Source: Eledone cirrhosa (taxonomy: Eukaryota). Taken from it: a stretch of 64,000 nt of DNA. Numbering within the stretch: the stretch's first letter is position 1; every line of letters starts with the position of its first letter. The notes beneath the pieces were generated by a model that did no database searches, was not told the origin of the DNA, and saw nothing but the letters and a program-made list of their open reading frames with translations. The DNA lies in assembly GCA_964016885.1 (NCBI GenBank), contig OZ024762.1, positions 4,960,001 to 5,024,000 of the forward strand, read 5' to 3'. Both the position numbers and the translations under genes were made by a program. Positions 12,090-24,430 of this stretch are shown here, in pieces.

Positions 12090-14030
12090 GGTGGGAAATG
12101 TCAATGGACTGGGTGGAGTAGGGATTATGGTAGCAGTAAAATTGGTAGATAAGGTAATTGCTGTAAATAGAGTGAACAACAGAATCATTAAAATTAGACT
12201 TGTACTAAATAGAACAACTATGGCAATTATATCTGCATATGGAGGCACATGGCTTAGTGGTTAGAGCATTGGCCTTGCAATCGAAAGGTTGTGAGTTCAA
12301 TTCTCAGACTGGGTAATGTGTTGTTTCCTTGAGCTAGACACTTTATTTCACATTGCTCCAGTTTACTCAGCTGTAGAAATGAGATGATAGGGACTGGGGT
12401 CCCTATCATTCCACAGCAAAGTGGTCGTTTGAGGTGCCACGTCAAGAATGCACCCAGCACTCACTGTAAATGAGGTTGGTGTTAGGAAGGGCATCCAGCT
12501 GTAGAAATCAAGCCAGAATCAGTTCCTGTCCCACCCTTGCAAGCAGGGAAAAAGCGGACGTAAAATGAAATGATGATGATGATGATGATGATGATGCACC
12601 CCAATCTGGTCTACCAGATAAAAGACAGATTCTAAGAGTCCCTAATGCACACTACTTCCCAAATAATTGACAGTGACTTCATAATCATTGCAGGTGACTT
12701 TAATGGGCATGTCAGGCAACACTGCGACAGCTTCAATGGGATCCAGGGGCACTAGAAATGAGGAAGGTTTCATGCTCCTGGAATTCTACAACGCTAATGA
12801 CCTATCTGTAACATGAACTTTAAAAAAAACGAAAACAACCACTTAATCACCTATAGATCAGAGGAGTATGCCAGCCAATTAGATTTTATTCTTCCAGAAG
12901 ATGAGACAGAGTGATAATTGTAAAGACAAAATCTCTCCCTGGTGAAGAATGCACCTCCCAACATAACTTAGTAGAAAAATCCAGCAACAGAAGACAACCT
13001 GGAGAAGAAGAATATGGAAGTTAAAAGACCTATCAGCCAATAACAAATTTAGAAGTATGTTGATTGACACTTTCAACAGTAATGAAGAGCAAATAGAGAC
13101 ATACAGTATAGAGGAGCAGTGGGAGTTCCTGAAAGATAACCTACTGAAGGCGACTGATGAAATCTGTGGTTGAAGCAGTCTCTAAGGAGAAGGAGAGTGA
13201 CCTGATGGTGGAATAGTAAGGTGGATGAAACAATTAAGGCCAAAAGACAGGCATGGAAGGGATGGCAAAATGGGGGTAGCAGAGAAGTTTACCAGAAGGC
13301 TAGGAGAGAAGCTAGGCATGAAGGGAAGCGGAAAATAAAAAATTTAAGCATGTTTTGCAACATGAGAATGAAAGGCGTGAGGTGTTCAAGATTGCAAAGC
13401 AATGTGTCAGGGAACATTGTGATGTTGGTGAGAAGTGTGTCTGATATGATAATGGCGAATTTGCCCTCACAGATGCTGAAAAGAAAGTAGCATGGAAGTG
13501 CCACTATGAAAAACTATTTAATGAAGAAAATGTATGGGATGTAGATAGTTTGATCCAACAGAGGGACCAACTGTACAAGTCAGCAGTAGTATAGTAAGTA
13601 AGGCAATCAAGGATATGAAGACAGACAAGGCAGCTAAACATTCAGGGATAGTTGCCAAGATGCTGAGAGCATCTGGAATGGTGCATCCCGCCTTAACCAC
13701 CCGTATAGTAAACCAAGTAATACAAAATGGTGTCATACCCAATGACTAGGATGGCAGCACCATCGTCAACTGCTACAAGGACAAAGGAGATGCTCTAGAC
13801 AGAAAACTATAGAGGCATTAAGTTGGTTGACCAGGTCATGAAGGTCACAGAAAGAGTTATAGCATAGCTGATAAGGGATCAAGTTAACTTAGATGAAATG
13901 CAGTTTGGATTTGTGCCAGGTAAAAGTACCACAAATGTCCTCTTCCTAGTGAGGCAACTGCAGAAGTACCTAACTAAAGGTAAACCGCTCTACTTGGCTT
14001 TTGTTGACCTAGAGAAAGCTTTTGACAGAG
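12090..14030 (+). mobile_element. Decayed RTE-clade LINE (APE endonuclease through RT start), interrupted by a SINE
   Basis: GVGIMVAVKLVDKVIAVNRVNNRII...ISAY/APQ, IAGDFNGHV, NYRGIKL, QFGFVPGKSTTNVLFLVRQLQ...LAFVDLEKAFDR; many stops and frameshifts. Confidence 0.85.
12242..12595 (+). mobile_element. tRNA-derived SINE with (ATG)n tail, representative copy
   Basis: A box TGGCTTAGTGG, B box GAGTTCAATTC, core TTCCTTGAGCWAGACACTTTATTTCAC, tail GTTGGTGTTAGGAAGGGCATCCAGC...(ATG)n. Relatives at about 25140, 25505, 46735, 49290, 56475, plus many minus-strand tails. Confidence 0.8.
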
Positions 14031-15359
14031 CTTACAATAGGACAGTTTGTCTAACCCATGCTAGCATGGAAAATGGACATTAAATGATGATGATGATGAT
14101 ATACATATATCATCATCATCATCATCGTTTAATGTTTATCTTCCACGCTAGCATGGGTTAGATGGGATTGTCCCACTTGAGGCAAGATTGGTCAGGCGAC
14201 CATGTCTCGCTTGTATAGAACTGCATCTGGCAGGTTTTCTATGGCTGGATGCCCTTCCTAACACCAACCACATTACATATATATATATGAACTAGCCCAG
14301 TACTCTGAAAAATCTACCCCAGTACTCTTTTTATTCTTATTCTCTTCCTCCTCCTTCACCCATTTATTCCTGGGAGGGTTGTAAGGGGACAGTCCTCATT
14401 CTTTCTAGCAGGTTCTGTCAGAAGCAGCCATCTCTAAAAAAACAAAAGAAAACTCTGCAATATAGCTTGACACAACAAAGATGTGTTAATCATTTTAAAT
14501 ATACCACCATTTTCTTACTTCCATCTTATATTTTCCTGTTCTCTGGAATAATTATTAAGATGACCAGTGTAGGAGGTGTTCTATTTAAAATACTAAAATT
14601 GTTTTCCATATGCTGATGTATATGTGTGTATGTGCTTATGCAAACATTTATATGAATGAGTATATAAATATAAATGCGCAAACACAGACACACTTACAAA
14701 AATACACACTTACTATACACGTACACTCACATACAGTGTGATTTTTTCACTATCCCCTTCCTTCCTTTTACACATACATACATTCATGCAGGCAGCAGAT
14801 ATAAAGAGAAAGGAGTAGTATGAGGTAGTCAAACTACTACCTTCTCTTTACATGTGACGGAATCGCAGAAATTTATATATAGATTTATGCTACCATTCTA
14901 CTTTTTCTATCCCGTTCTCAGTTACAGTGTAATAATTATCAAGATGGCCCGTGTAGATGTTCTAACCATTTAACCCTTTACCATTTACATTATTCTATAT
15001 TTACTACTGTATTTTCATGGTAAAGGCTTTATCTCACATAATATTGAATCTATGAGATTTTGATATTATTTATTTTGAGAACAATACTTTAACATCAGTA
15101 TGAGTGGCCAGTTACAGCCGGTTTGAATAGAAAAGGGTGAGAGAATTCTGGCTGGATATGGCCGGTTTGAATAGAAAAGGGTGAGAGAATTCTGGCTGGA
15201 TATGGCCGGTTTGAATAGAAAAGGGTGAGAGAATTCTGGCTGGATATGGCCGGTTTGAATAGAAAAGGGTGAGAGAATTCTGGCTGGATATGGCCGGTTT
15301 AAATGCTAAAGGGTTAAAATATTTATGCTACTCTTCTATTTTTTTTATCCTGTTGCCAG

Positions 15360-15523
15360 TTACTACAGTGGAATAATTATCAAGATGGCTGGTGTAGGAG
15401 ATATCAGTACAGCTATTTGGAACAGTGTTATTGTCAGTACTATCAATCTGGTGTTTGCTATTATTGGAGTGTGGCTCGTTGATATTGTTGGACGACGTAA
15501 GTTGGCCATAGGTGGACTTATTG
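15360..15523 (+). CDS. SLC2A13: HMIT-like exon (YYSGIIIKMAGV...AIW...GVWLVDIVGRRKLAIGGLIG)
   Basis: cag|T acceptor, G|gtacgt donor; YYS and VDxVGRRKL motifs. Confidence 0.9.
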
Positions 15524-16310
15524 GTACGTAGAACTCTACTAGTTTCTCATTGAATTTTACCTTTGTTTGTTGTTGTTTCCCAACCTGCTAGAAATAGCAG
15601 CCAAGTTGGTTTTCTTTGATTTTATAAAATTAGTATCAATAAACCTTCCTGGGTATACCCTTATTCCATTGCTGTACTTACTTTTCTATTGTCAGTTTTT
15701 TTGTTTTTTTTTGTGATGCGCGAAGGAACCAACCCACAAACATCTTTTATATTATGTCATCATCATTTAACGTCCAGCTTCCACGCTAGCATGAGTTTGG
15801 ACGGTAATTTTCCCACTTGAGGCAAGATTGGTTGTCTCGCTCGTATAGGACTGTCTGGCGGGTTTTCTACGGCTGGATGCCCTTCCTAACACCAACCATG
15901 TTTACAGTGTGGACTGGGAGGTTTTTACCGTGTTACCTACAGGGCTACATTACAGCGTAGACTGTGTTTTTATGTCATGACACCTACACGACCTCATTTA
16001 TTTAGGACTGGATGTTGTGGTACCAACATAACTTTACATCGAAATGGGGTGGGGGGTAGTGGGACGGGGTTGTATTTTGGTTAAGAAGTGCCTACTGACT
16101 GTAGGTTTCGCTTTGCACTTAGGCAAGGCGGGTCTTCTGTGTTACTGCGTAGCGCCAAAGATCTTGGTCCAGTGACATTGTCTTGGAGAAGTGTAAGTGT
16201 GTGAGGTCGGAATTTATCAAGTCGTCCCAGGTTTTTCTGGGTCTGCCTACTCCGTGGCTACCGTATATATATATATATATTTGTTTTTTTCTCTATTTGT
16301 CTCATCACAG

Positions 16311-16422
16311 GTCTTTCCTTCAGTACGTTCTGTTTGGCTACAACTTTTCTGATGAGCTTAAAACACACTCCTGCTCTCAGTTATAGCACACAATACGAAG
16401 GCAGCAAATGCTGGCAGTACAG
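16311..16422 (+). CDS. SLC2A13: HMIT-like exon (GLSFSTFCLATTFLMSLKHTPALSYSTQYEGSKCWQY)
   Basis: cag|GT acceptor, AG|gtactt donor; phase-compatible; start of the HMIT Cys-rich exofacial loop. Confidence 0.82.
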
Positions 16423-17297
16423 GTACTTATTCATTTTTGGTTATTCCGTTTGTCATCGTCATCATCATCATCATCATCATCATCACCACCATCACCCCAT
16501 CACCATCAACATCATTTTCCACCCAGCATCCATGCTGGATGGTCAACTCCTCCATGATACAACTATTCCAGTCTCCTTCTCAGGGGGCGGGGGTTTGACA
16601 TTGTGGTGGACAGCTAAAGATGTGGTTTGGCTTGGTCAAATCAGATCTTCAGCTAATATCTGGACCACACACATTGGTTCTGGATTTAAACTCTGCACTC
16701 AGAGTTTAAGTCTTGCCACGGTCAACTGATCAACTTTGCTGGAGGTCAATAGATTAAAGTAACCAGCCCAGAATTGTTGACTAGCAGAATTGCTAGAGTG
16801 CTGGTCAAGATGTCTTTGTTCCAACCTTATATTTTCTGAGTTCAAATCTTGCCACGCTCAACTGGTCAACTTTGCTGGAGGTCAGAATATCAGCAGGTGA
16901 TATTCTGGCCCTGGCATCCAGCCATAAAACAAAGGGTCCCATTATTAGTATGAAGAATTACATAGGACCCCACATGACTAACCCCTATATTAGCAGAAAT
17001 AGTAACTTTAACCTTTTAGCATTTACATTACTTTATATAAACTGTTGTATTTTTGTGGTAAAAGCTTTACCTTACATATTTCTCACATAATATTGAATCT
17101 GAGATTTTGATGTTGTTTATTTTGAGAGCAATACCTTAATGTCAGTATGAGCAGCCAGTTACAGCTAGTTTGAACAGAAAGAGGTGAGAGAATTGTGGCC
17201 AGATATGGCCGGTTTAAATGCTAAAGGGTTAAAATACCGGTTGTTTGATTTATGTCTATTTTTAATATATTTCTTTACCATCTGTTTCCACTTGCAG

Positions 17298-17542
17298 CGT
17301 ATGTAGTCAATGTGTTCAAGATGACTTCTGTGGTTTTTGTTATATATATGACGACGATGAAGTCAACGGTACCTGTTTACCATCAAATCCCAGAATCTTG
17401 CGAACCTCTTCCGTTGGTGCATGTAATTCCACAATTGCCATGACAGACGAGTCTTTACATTGGGTCAATGATTATTGCCCCGTCTCATTCTCATGGGTCG
17501 CCGTGGTTGGATTGGCTCTTTTCCTTGTCTTCTATGCACCAA
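17298..17542 (+). CDS. SLC2A13: HMIT-like exon (SVCSQCVQDDFCGFCY...GTCLP...GACN...HWVNDYCPVSFSWVAVVGLALFLVFYAP)
   Basis: cag|C acceptor, A|gtaagt donor; CxxC...CGFCY...C...C...W...CP loop typical of HMIT/inositol transporters. Confidence 0.92.
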
Positions 17543-17789
17543 GTAAGTAGTTTTAATATTTACTCTTTTAACCCTTTATATTCTGAGTTCAAATCCCGCC
17601 AAGGTTAGCTTTGCCTTTTATCTTTATGGGGTCGATTAAATAAAGTACCAGTGGCGCACTGGGGTTGATTTTATTGCATTTCCTCTCCCATTAAATTGTC
17701 GTCCTTGTGCCTAAATCAGAAACAATGATTTACTATTTACCCTGCACCCCCCCCCCCCCCTGCACTCAGATATAATATATCTTGGAGTA

Positions 17790-18830
17790 CTAGTTATATA
17801 TAAGGGGTACCAGATACCTCGCATAGTCTGTCATGGCATACCAGTTATATATAAGGGGTACCAGATACCTCGCATAGTCTGTCATGACATACCAGTCATA
17901 TATCAGGGGTACCAGATACCTCCCCTAGTCTGTCATGATGTACCAGTTATATATAAGGGGTTAAATACCTCCTCTAGTCTGTCATGACATACCAGTTATA
18001 TATAAGGGGTTAGATACCTCACATAGTCTGTCATGACATACCAGTCATATATCAGGGGTACCAGATACCTCACTTAGTCTGTCATGACATACCAGTTATA
18101 TATAAGGGGTACCAGATACCTCGCATAGTCTGTCATGACATACCAGTTATATATAAGGGGTACCAGATACCTCCCCTAGTCTGTCATGACATACCAGTTA
18201 TATATAAGGGGTACCAGATACCTCGCATAGTCTGTCATGACATACCAGTTATATATAAGGGGTACCAGATACCTCGCATAGTCTGTCATGACATACCAGT
18301 TATATATAAGGGGTACCAGATACCTCACATAGTCTGTCATGACATACCAGTTATATATAAGGGGTTAAATACCTCCCCTAGTCTGTCATGACATACCAGT
18401 TATATATAAGGGGTACCAGATACCTCCCGTAGTCTGTCATGACATACCAGTCATATATAAGGGGTTAGATACCTCCTCTAGTCTGTCATGACATACCAGT
18501 CATATATCAGGGGTACCAGATACCTCCCCTAGTCTGTCATGACATACCAGTTATATATCAGGGGTACCAGATACCTCCTCTCGTCTGTCATGACATACCA
18601 GTTATATATAAGGGATTAAATACCTCCTCTAGTCTGTCATGGCATACCAGTCATATATAAGGGGTACCAGATACCTCACATAGTCTGTCATGACATACCA
18701 GTTATATATAAGGGGTTAGATACCTCCTCTCGTCTGTCATAACATACCAGTTATATATAATGGGTACCAGATACCTCACATAGTCTGTCATGACATACCA
18801 GTCATATATAAGGTGTACCAGATACCTCCG
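17790..18830. repeat. 51-bp intronic minisatellite, about 20 copies
   Basis: GTTATATATAAGGGGTACCAGATACCTCGCATAGTCTGTCATGACATACCA units. Confidence 0.95.
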
Positions 18831-18914
18831 CTAGTATTATGGTTTACTAGCTCTGTACGAACATTTAAATTGCGAACTTCTAGTTTAACTGAAGTTCTAT
18901 TTTGTCTATTACAG

Positions 18915-19067
18915 CCATGGGACCACTGCCATGGACCATTAATGCGGAAATCTATCCACTGTGGGCCCGCAGTACAGGAAATGGTATGGCAGCATCAACC
19001 TGCTGGCTGTGTAATTTAATTAATTCTGTGTCTTTCCTGTCCCTCAGTGAAGCTATCAACAGCTATG
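18915..19067 (+). CDS. SLC2A13: HMIT-like exon ([23 protein letters not shown]...SLSEAINSY)
   Basis: cag|CC acceptor, G|gtaagg donor; near-identical to HMIT [22 protein letters not shown]. Confidence 0.93.
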
Positions 19068-19107
19068 GTAAGGGTGGTGTGTTGTTGTTCTCTTATACAT
19101 TGCTCAG

Positions 19108-19416
19108 CACCATCATCATCACTACCATTATCATTATTATTGTTATCATCATCATCATCATCACCACCATCATTATCATCATCATCATCATCATCACTAC
19201 TATTATCATTATCACCATCATCACCACCACCATCACTACCATTATCACCATCACTACCATTATCACCATCATTATCATCATCATCGTCACTACCATCACC
19301 ATTATCATCATCACCATCACCACCATCATCACTACCATTATCATTATCACCATCATCATCACCACCACCATTATCACCATCATCATCACCACCACCATCA
19401 TCATCATCATCATCAT
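19108..19416. repeat. (CAT/CAC/TAT)n trinucleotide array, expanded tail of a minus-strand SINE
   Basis: Seen directly; followed by the SINE-tail sequence TTTAACGTCTGTTCTTGC. Confidence 0.9.
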
Positions 19417-20612
19417 TTAACGTCTGTTCTTGCAGCTAGCAGGGGTTGGACAGGTCTTCAAAGATTAAATCAGTACTGAAGCAGAGTTACTGACCCCTCA
19501 GATGGGCCATGGGACTGCATCTCGCTTATATAGAATCCTGCGTTCGAGCGAGTGCATTTTATTTTGACTCCAACACTAGAGAGGCTGTCATGCCCAACAC
19601 ACAATTGAAAGATCTTCCCAACCCTTTGTTCAGCAAGCTTTCTACAGTTGGATGCTTTTCCAATCACAAACCACTTTACAGCATGTACATGGTGCATTTA
19701 TCATGTAGATCACCAACACTGGGGAGGTTGTCATGTCTTTGACACAACTGAAGGGTTCTCCCATCCCTTTGGTAAGTCTTCTACAGCTGGATGCTGGACA
19801 TAAAATAGGGAGATTGACTTATATTTCAGTATATATACATTATATATTTCAGTATATATTCACATATATTTCAGTATATACAATATATATTCACATATAT
19901 TTCAGTATACACGGTATATATTAACTTTTATTTCAGTATATACAGTATATAACTTTTATTTTGGTATATACGGTATATATTAACTTTTATTTCAGTATAT
20001 ACAGTATATACGAAATTCACAGGGTATAAAATAAAATTTGTTGTAATGAAAAGTTCTTTATAACAAAATCGATCAAAACAAATCGAGCATTTGTTTGTTA
20101 TTACCTTGGGGGTTTTAAAAAATTTTGTTTGTCATCATCATCATCGTTTAATGTCCATTTTCCATGGGGTTGGACGGGTTTGTCCCACTTGAGGCAAGAT
20201 CAGTCGGGTGACCATGTCTTGCTCGTATAGAACTGTCTCTGGCAGGTTTTCTATGGCTAGATGCCCTTCCTAACACCAACCACATTTACAGTGTGGACTG
20301 GGAGCCTTTTTACCGTGTCTCCTACACAACCACTTTACAGAGTGGACTAGGAGCCTTTTTACTGTGTCACCGACACGACCATTTTACAGTGTGGACTGGC
20401 TGTTCTGTGGTACCAACATAACTTTACAGAGAAAGGGTGGTGTGGGTGGAACTGGTAGGATGGAGTAGGGGGTGTGTATTGGGTTTCATTATACTGAAAA
20501 ATTCATTATACCTATATTGTATTTTATTTGAGTATATATGGTATATATTTGCCTCTATGATTTCCTCTGTTCCATCTCATGCGCCCCATTTCTCTTTTAT
20601 CTCCATTTACAG

Positions 20613-20779
20613 GTGTGTTCTATTTGCTGAGTACCATGGGAGTGAGTGGCGCAGTGTTTTGTTATTTTCTTTTACCAGAAACCAAAGGGAAATCTCTAGA
20701 AACCATTGAAATGTTATTGAATGACAATAAACAACAAATATCCAAAAAACAACAAATAGCCAAAAACCAAGAAGCATAG
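20613..20779 (+). CDS. SLC2A13: HMIT-like last coding exon (GVFYLL...FLLPETKGKSLETIE...NQEA*)
   Basis: cag|GT acceptor; PETKGKSLE motif; TAG stop at 20777-20779. Confidence 0.92.
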
Positions 20780-22394
20780 ATTGTTCAGCCTTTAACCTTG
20801 TATCACTACTTTAGCGTATTTACCCACCCACCCAGCTATCAACCATCACATTAGCTTATCTACCACTACATTAGCCTATCTACCACCACATTAGCTAATC
20901 TACCCAGCTATTTATCACCACATTAGCCTATCTACCCAGCTATTAGCTGTGTACCCATATATTTAAATGCATGATATATCCCAACTATCACCCTTCAACC
21001 CATCAGTTCACTATATTATAAGCTCATCCACCCAGCTATCTATCTAGTTATGTACCCATGTATTTATATGTCTAATATAGCCAAGTCATCTCACTTACTT
21101 GGATATCTACCTATCCAACCTAATTATTTCCTCGTTATTAACCTCAAAGTGCTATCTTATCACCTGAGCTGTCTGCCTTCTCTCACACTAAACACATCAC
21201 CACACCCACACAGACATTGAAAAGAAAGGAATTTTCCTTTTTAACAAAAAACATAAAAAAAGAAAGTGCAAAAAAAAAAACAGGTGGGCGTCTCAGTCTC
21301 ACTCTGTCCCCACCTCCCTTTTTTTTTTTTTTTTTTTTTCTTTTCACCCTTTAAGGTGGATAAAATGAAATAAGGTGACATCAAAAATTTTGTTTTGGTG
21401 GGAGTTGAGGTAAAAAAAAACACGTGTGGCTTTGTGCCTATCCACTATTGGAAATTATCGATCTTTTCAAGATTCTTTAACAGACATCTCAAATAGATTT
21501 CATTTTTTATTTTTTGTGTTATTTTTATTATTTATTGTTGTGTTGGGTTCTTTTTGTTTCAGGCAGTATCATCATTATCATCACCATGTCCCCTTCCCAT
21601 GCTAGCATGGGTTGGACAGGTTGTTTCATATTTAACACTGTTTCGTACAGTGGCTGGATACCCTTCCTAATAATGTCAACCACTATACAGGGTGTGCTGC
21701 TAGATGCATTTTTTATGACACAATCACTACCACTTCACAGAGTGGACTGGATGTATTTTATCATGGTATAAACACTAGAGAGTACATTTTAGAAATAATT
21801 ATAAATAAATTAATTAAGCAGTGTTATTCGAAGGTTACGACAATGCAAAATGATAGATTTCAGAATAAACTAAAGGCATCAAAGATGTTGTTTTACCTGT
21901 CCTAATATTTCAGGTCTAAAAACTCTTCATCAGAATGAGAAACTGGCTTGGAATTCATGCTTTTGTTCTTAGAGGCTCGCCATTTAATTAATTAAATAAT
22001 AAGGTTTTAAAACATGTTACATATTTTTACATCATTTGAAATTGTTTTGTTGTTGTTTTATTTTAATTTTATTTGTTTGTTTGCTTTTGTTGTTGTTTTT
22101 GCAATATTTAAAAAAACAAGTGAGCATGACAAAGAAAAAATGGATTTGATAAAAATATTTTAATTAGGAATGTTGTTCAGTCAACAGAACAGCCTGCTCA
22201 CAAAATTAATGTGTAAGTGGCTGAGCATTCCTCAGACTTGGAATTCTCAGCATGACACAGTGTGTGACAAGCCTAGAGGACGGCTCCGTCTCGTCCTCGT
22301 ATGGTAAATCAGTTCTCCCCCCCCCCCCCCGTCCACATAGAAAAGAATGGGCTCATCGGTTGAATCAATGACCAACAACTTCTATAGTAGTAAG

Positions 22395-24430
22395 GGCAGC
22401 TCTGTCTTACCCTGGTGTAGTGAAACGAGAGGTAGCCTCAGTATATCTCTACTGGGACAGCTCTGCCTTACCCTGGTGTGGTGAAACGAGAGGTAGCCTC
22501 AGTATATCTCTACTGGGACAGCTCTGTCTTACCCTGGTGTAGTGAAACGAGAGGTAGCCTCAGTATATCTCTACTGAGGCAGCTCTGCCTTACCCTGGTG
22601 TGGTGAAACGAGAGGTAGCCTCAGTATATCTCTACTGGGACAGCTCTGTCTTACCCTGGTGTGGTGAAACAAGAGGTAGCCTCAGTATATCTTTACTGGG
22701 ACAGCTCTGTCTTACCCTGGTGTAGTGAAACGAGAGGTAGCCTCAGTATATCTCTACTGGGACAGCTCTGTCTTACCCTGGTGTGGTGAAACAAGAGGTA
22801 GCCTCAGTATATCTTTACTGGGACAGCTCTGTCTTACCCTGGTGTAGTGAAACGAGAGGTAGCCTCAGTATATCTCTACTGAGGCAGCTCTGCCTTACCC
22901 TGGTGTGGTGAAACGAGAGGTAGCCTCAGTATATCTCTACTGGGACAGCTCTGTCTTACCCCGGTGTAGTGAAACGAGAGGTAGCCTCAGTATATCTTTA
23001 CTTACTGGGGCAGCTCTGCCTTACCCTGGTGTGGTGAAACGAGAGGTAGCCTCAGTATATCTCTACTGGGACAGCTCTGCCTTACCCTGGTGTGGTGAAA
23101 CGAGAGGTAGCCTCAGTATATCTCTACTGGGACAGCTCTGTCTTACCCTGGTGTGGTGAAACAAGAGGTAGCCTCAGTATATCTTTACTGGGACAGCTCT
23201 GTCTTACCCTGGTGTAGTGAAACGAGAGGTAGCCTCAGTATATCTCTACTGAGGCAGCTCTGCCTTACCCTGGTGTGGTGAAACGAGAGGTAGCCTCAGT
23301 ATATCTCTACTGGGACAGCTCTGTCTTACCCCGGTGTAGTGAAACGAGAGGTAGCCTCAGTATATCTTTACTTACTGGGGCAGCTCTGCCTTACCCTGGT
23401 GTGGTGAAACGAGAGGTAGCCTCAGTATATCTCTACTGGGACAGCTCTGTCTTACCCTGGTGTAGTGAAACGAGAGGTAGCCTCAGTATATCTCTACTGG
23501 GACAGCTCTGTCTTACCCTGGTGTGGTGGAACGAGAGGTAGCCTCAGTATATCTTTACTTACTGGGGCAGCTCTGCCTTACCCTGGTGTGGTGGAACGAG
23601 AGGTAGCCTCAGTATATCTTTACTTACTGGGGCAGCTCTGTCTTACGCTGGTGTGGTGAAACGAGAGGTAGCCTCAGTATATCTTTACTTACTGGGGCAG
23701 CTCTGCCTTACCCTGGTGTGGTGGAACGAGAGGTAGCCTCAGTATATCTTTACTTACTGGGGCAGCTCTGCCTTACCCTGGTGTGGTGAAACGAGAGGTA
23801 GCCTCAGTATATCTTTACTTACTGGGGCAGCTCTGTCTTACCCTGGTGTGGTGAAACGAGAGGTAGCCTCAGTATATCTTTACTTACTGGGGCAGCTCTG
23901 CCTTACCCTGGTGTGGTGAAACGAGAGGTAGCCTCAGTATATCTCTACTGGGGCAGCTCTGCCTTACTCTGGTGTGGTGAAACAAGAGGTAGCCTCTGTA
24001 TATCTCTACTGGGGCAGCTCTGTCTTACCCTGGTGTGGTGAAACAAGAGGTAGCCTCAGTATATCTCTACTGGGACAGCTCTGTCTTACCCTGGTGTGGT
24101 GAAATGAGAGGTAGCCTCAGTATATCTCTACTGGGACAGCTCTGTCTTACCCTGGTGTGGTGAAATGAGAGGTAGCCTCAGTATATCTTTACTTACTGGG
24201 ACAGCTCTGTCTTACCCTGGTGTGGTGAAATGAGAGGTAGCCTCAGTATATCTCTACTGGGACAGCTCTGTCTTACCCTGGTGTGGTGAAATGAGAGGTA
24301 GCCTCAGTATATCTCTACTGGGACAGCTCTGTCTTACTCTGTTGTGGTTAAATGAGAGGTAGCCTCAGTATATCTTTACATACTGGGCAGTTCTATCTTG
24401 TCCTGGTGTAGAGAAATGAGAGGTAGCCAT
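22395..24430. repeat. 61-bp (65-bp variant) minisatellite, about 33 copies
   Basis: CAGCTCTGYCTTACCCTGGTGTRGTGAAACGAGAGGTAGCCTCAGTATATCTCTACTGGGA units. Confidence 0.97.

Noticed and set aside
12242-12310. tRNA-like sequences with TTGCAA/TTACAA loops (also 25510, 49290, 56480)
   Set aside because: No acceptor stem, and they run into SINE core sequence; these are SINE heads, not tRNA genes.
18902-19439. Poly-Ile/Thr, poly-Ser and poly-Met/Val ORFs (also 57011-57532, 3524-3926, 29186-29828)
   Set aside because: Translations of microsatellites; only 18915-19067 is a real exon.
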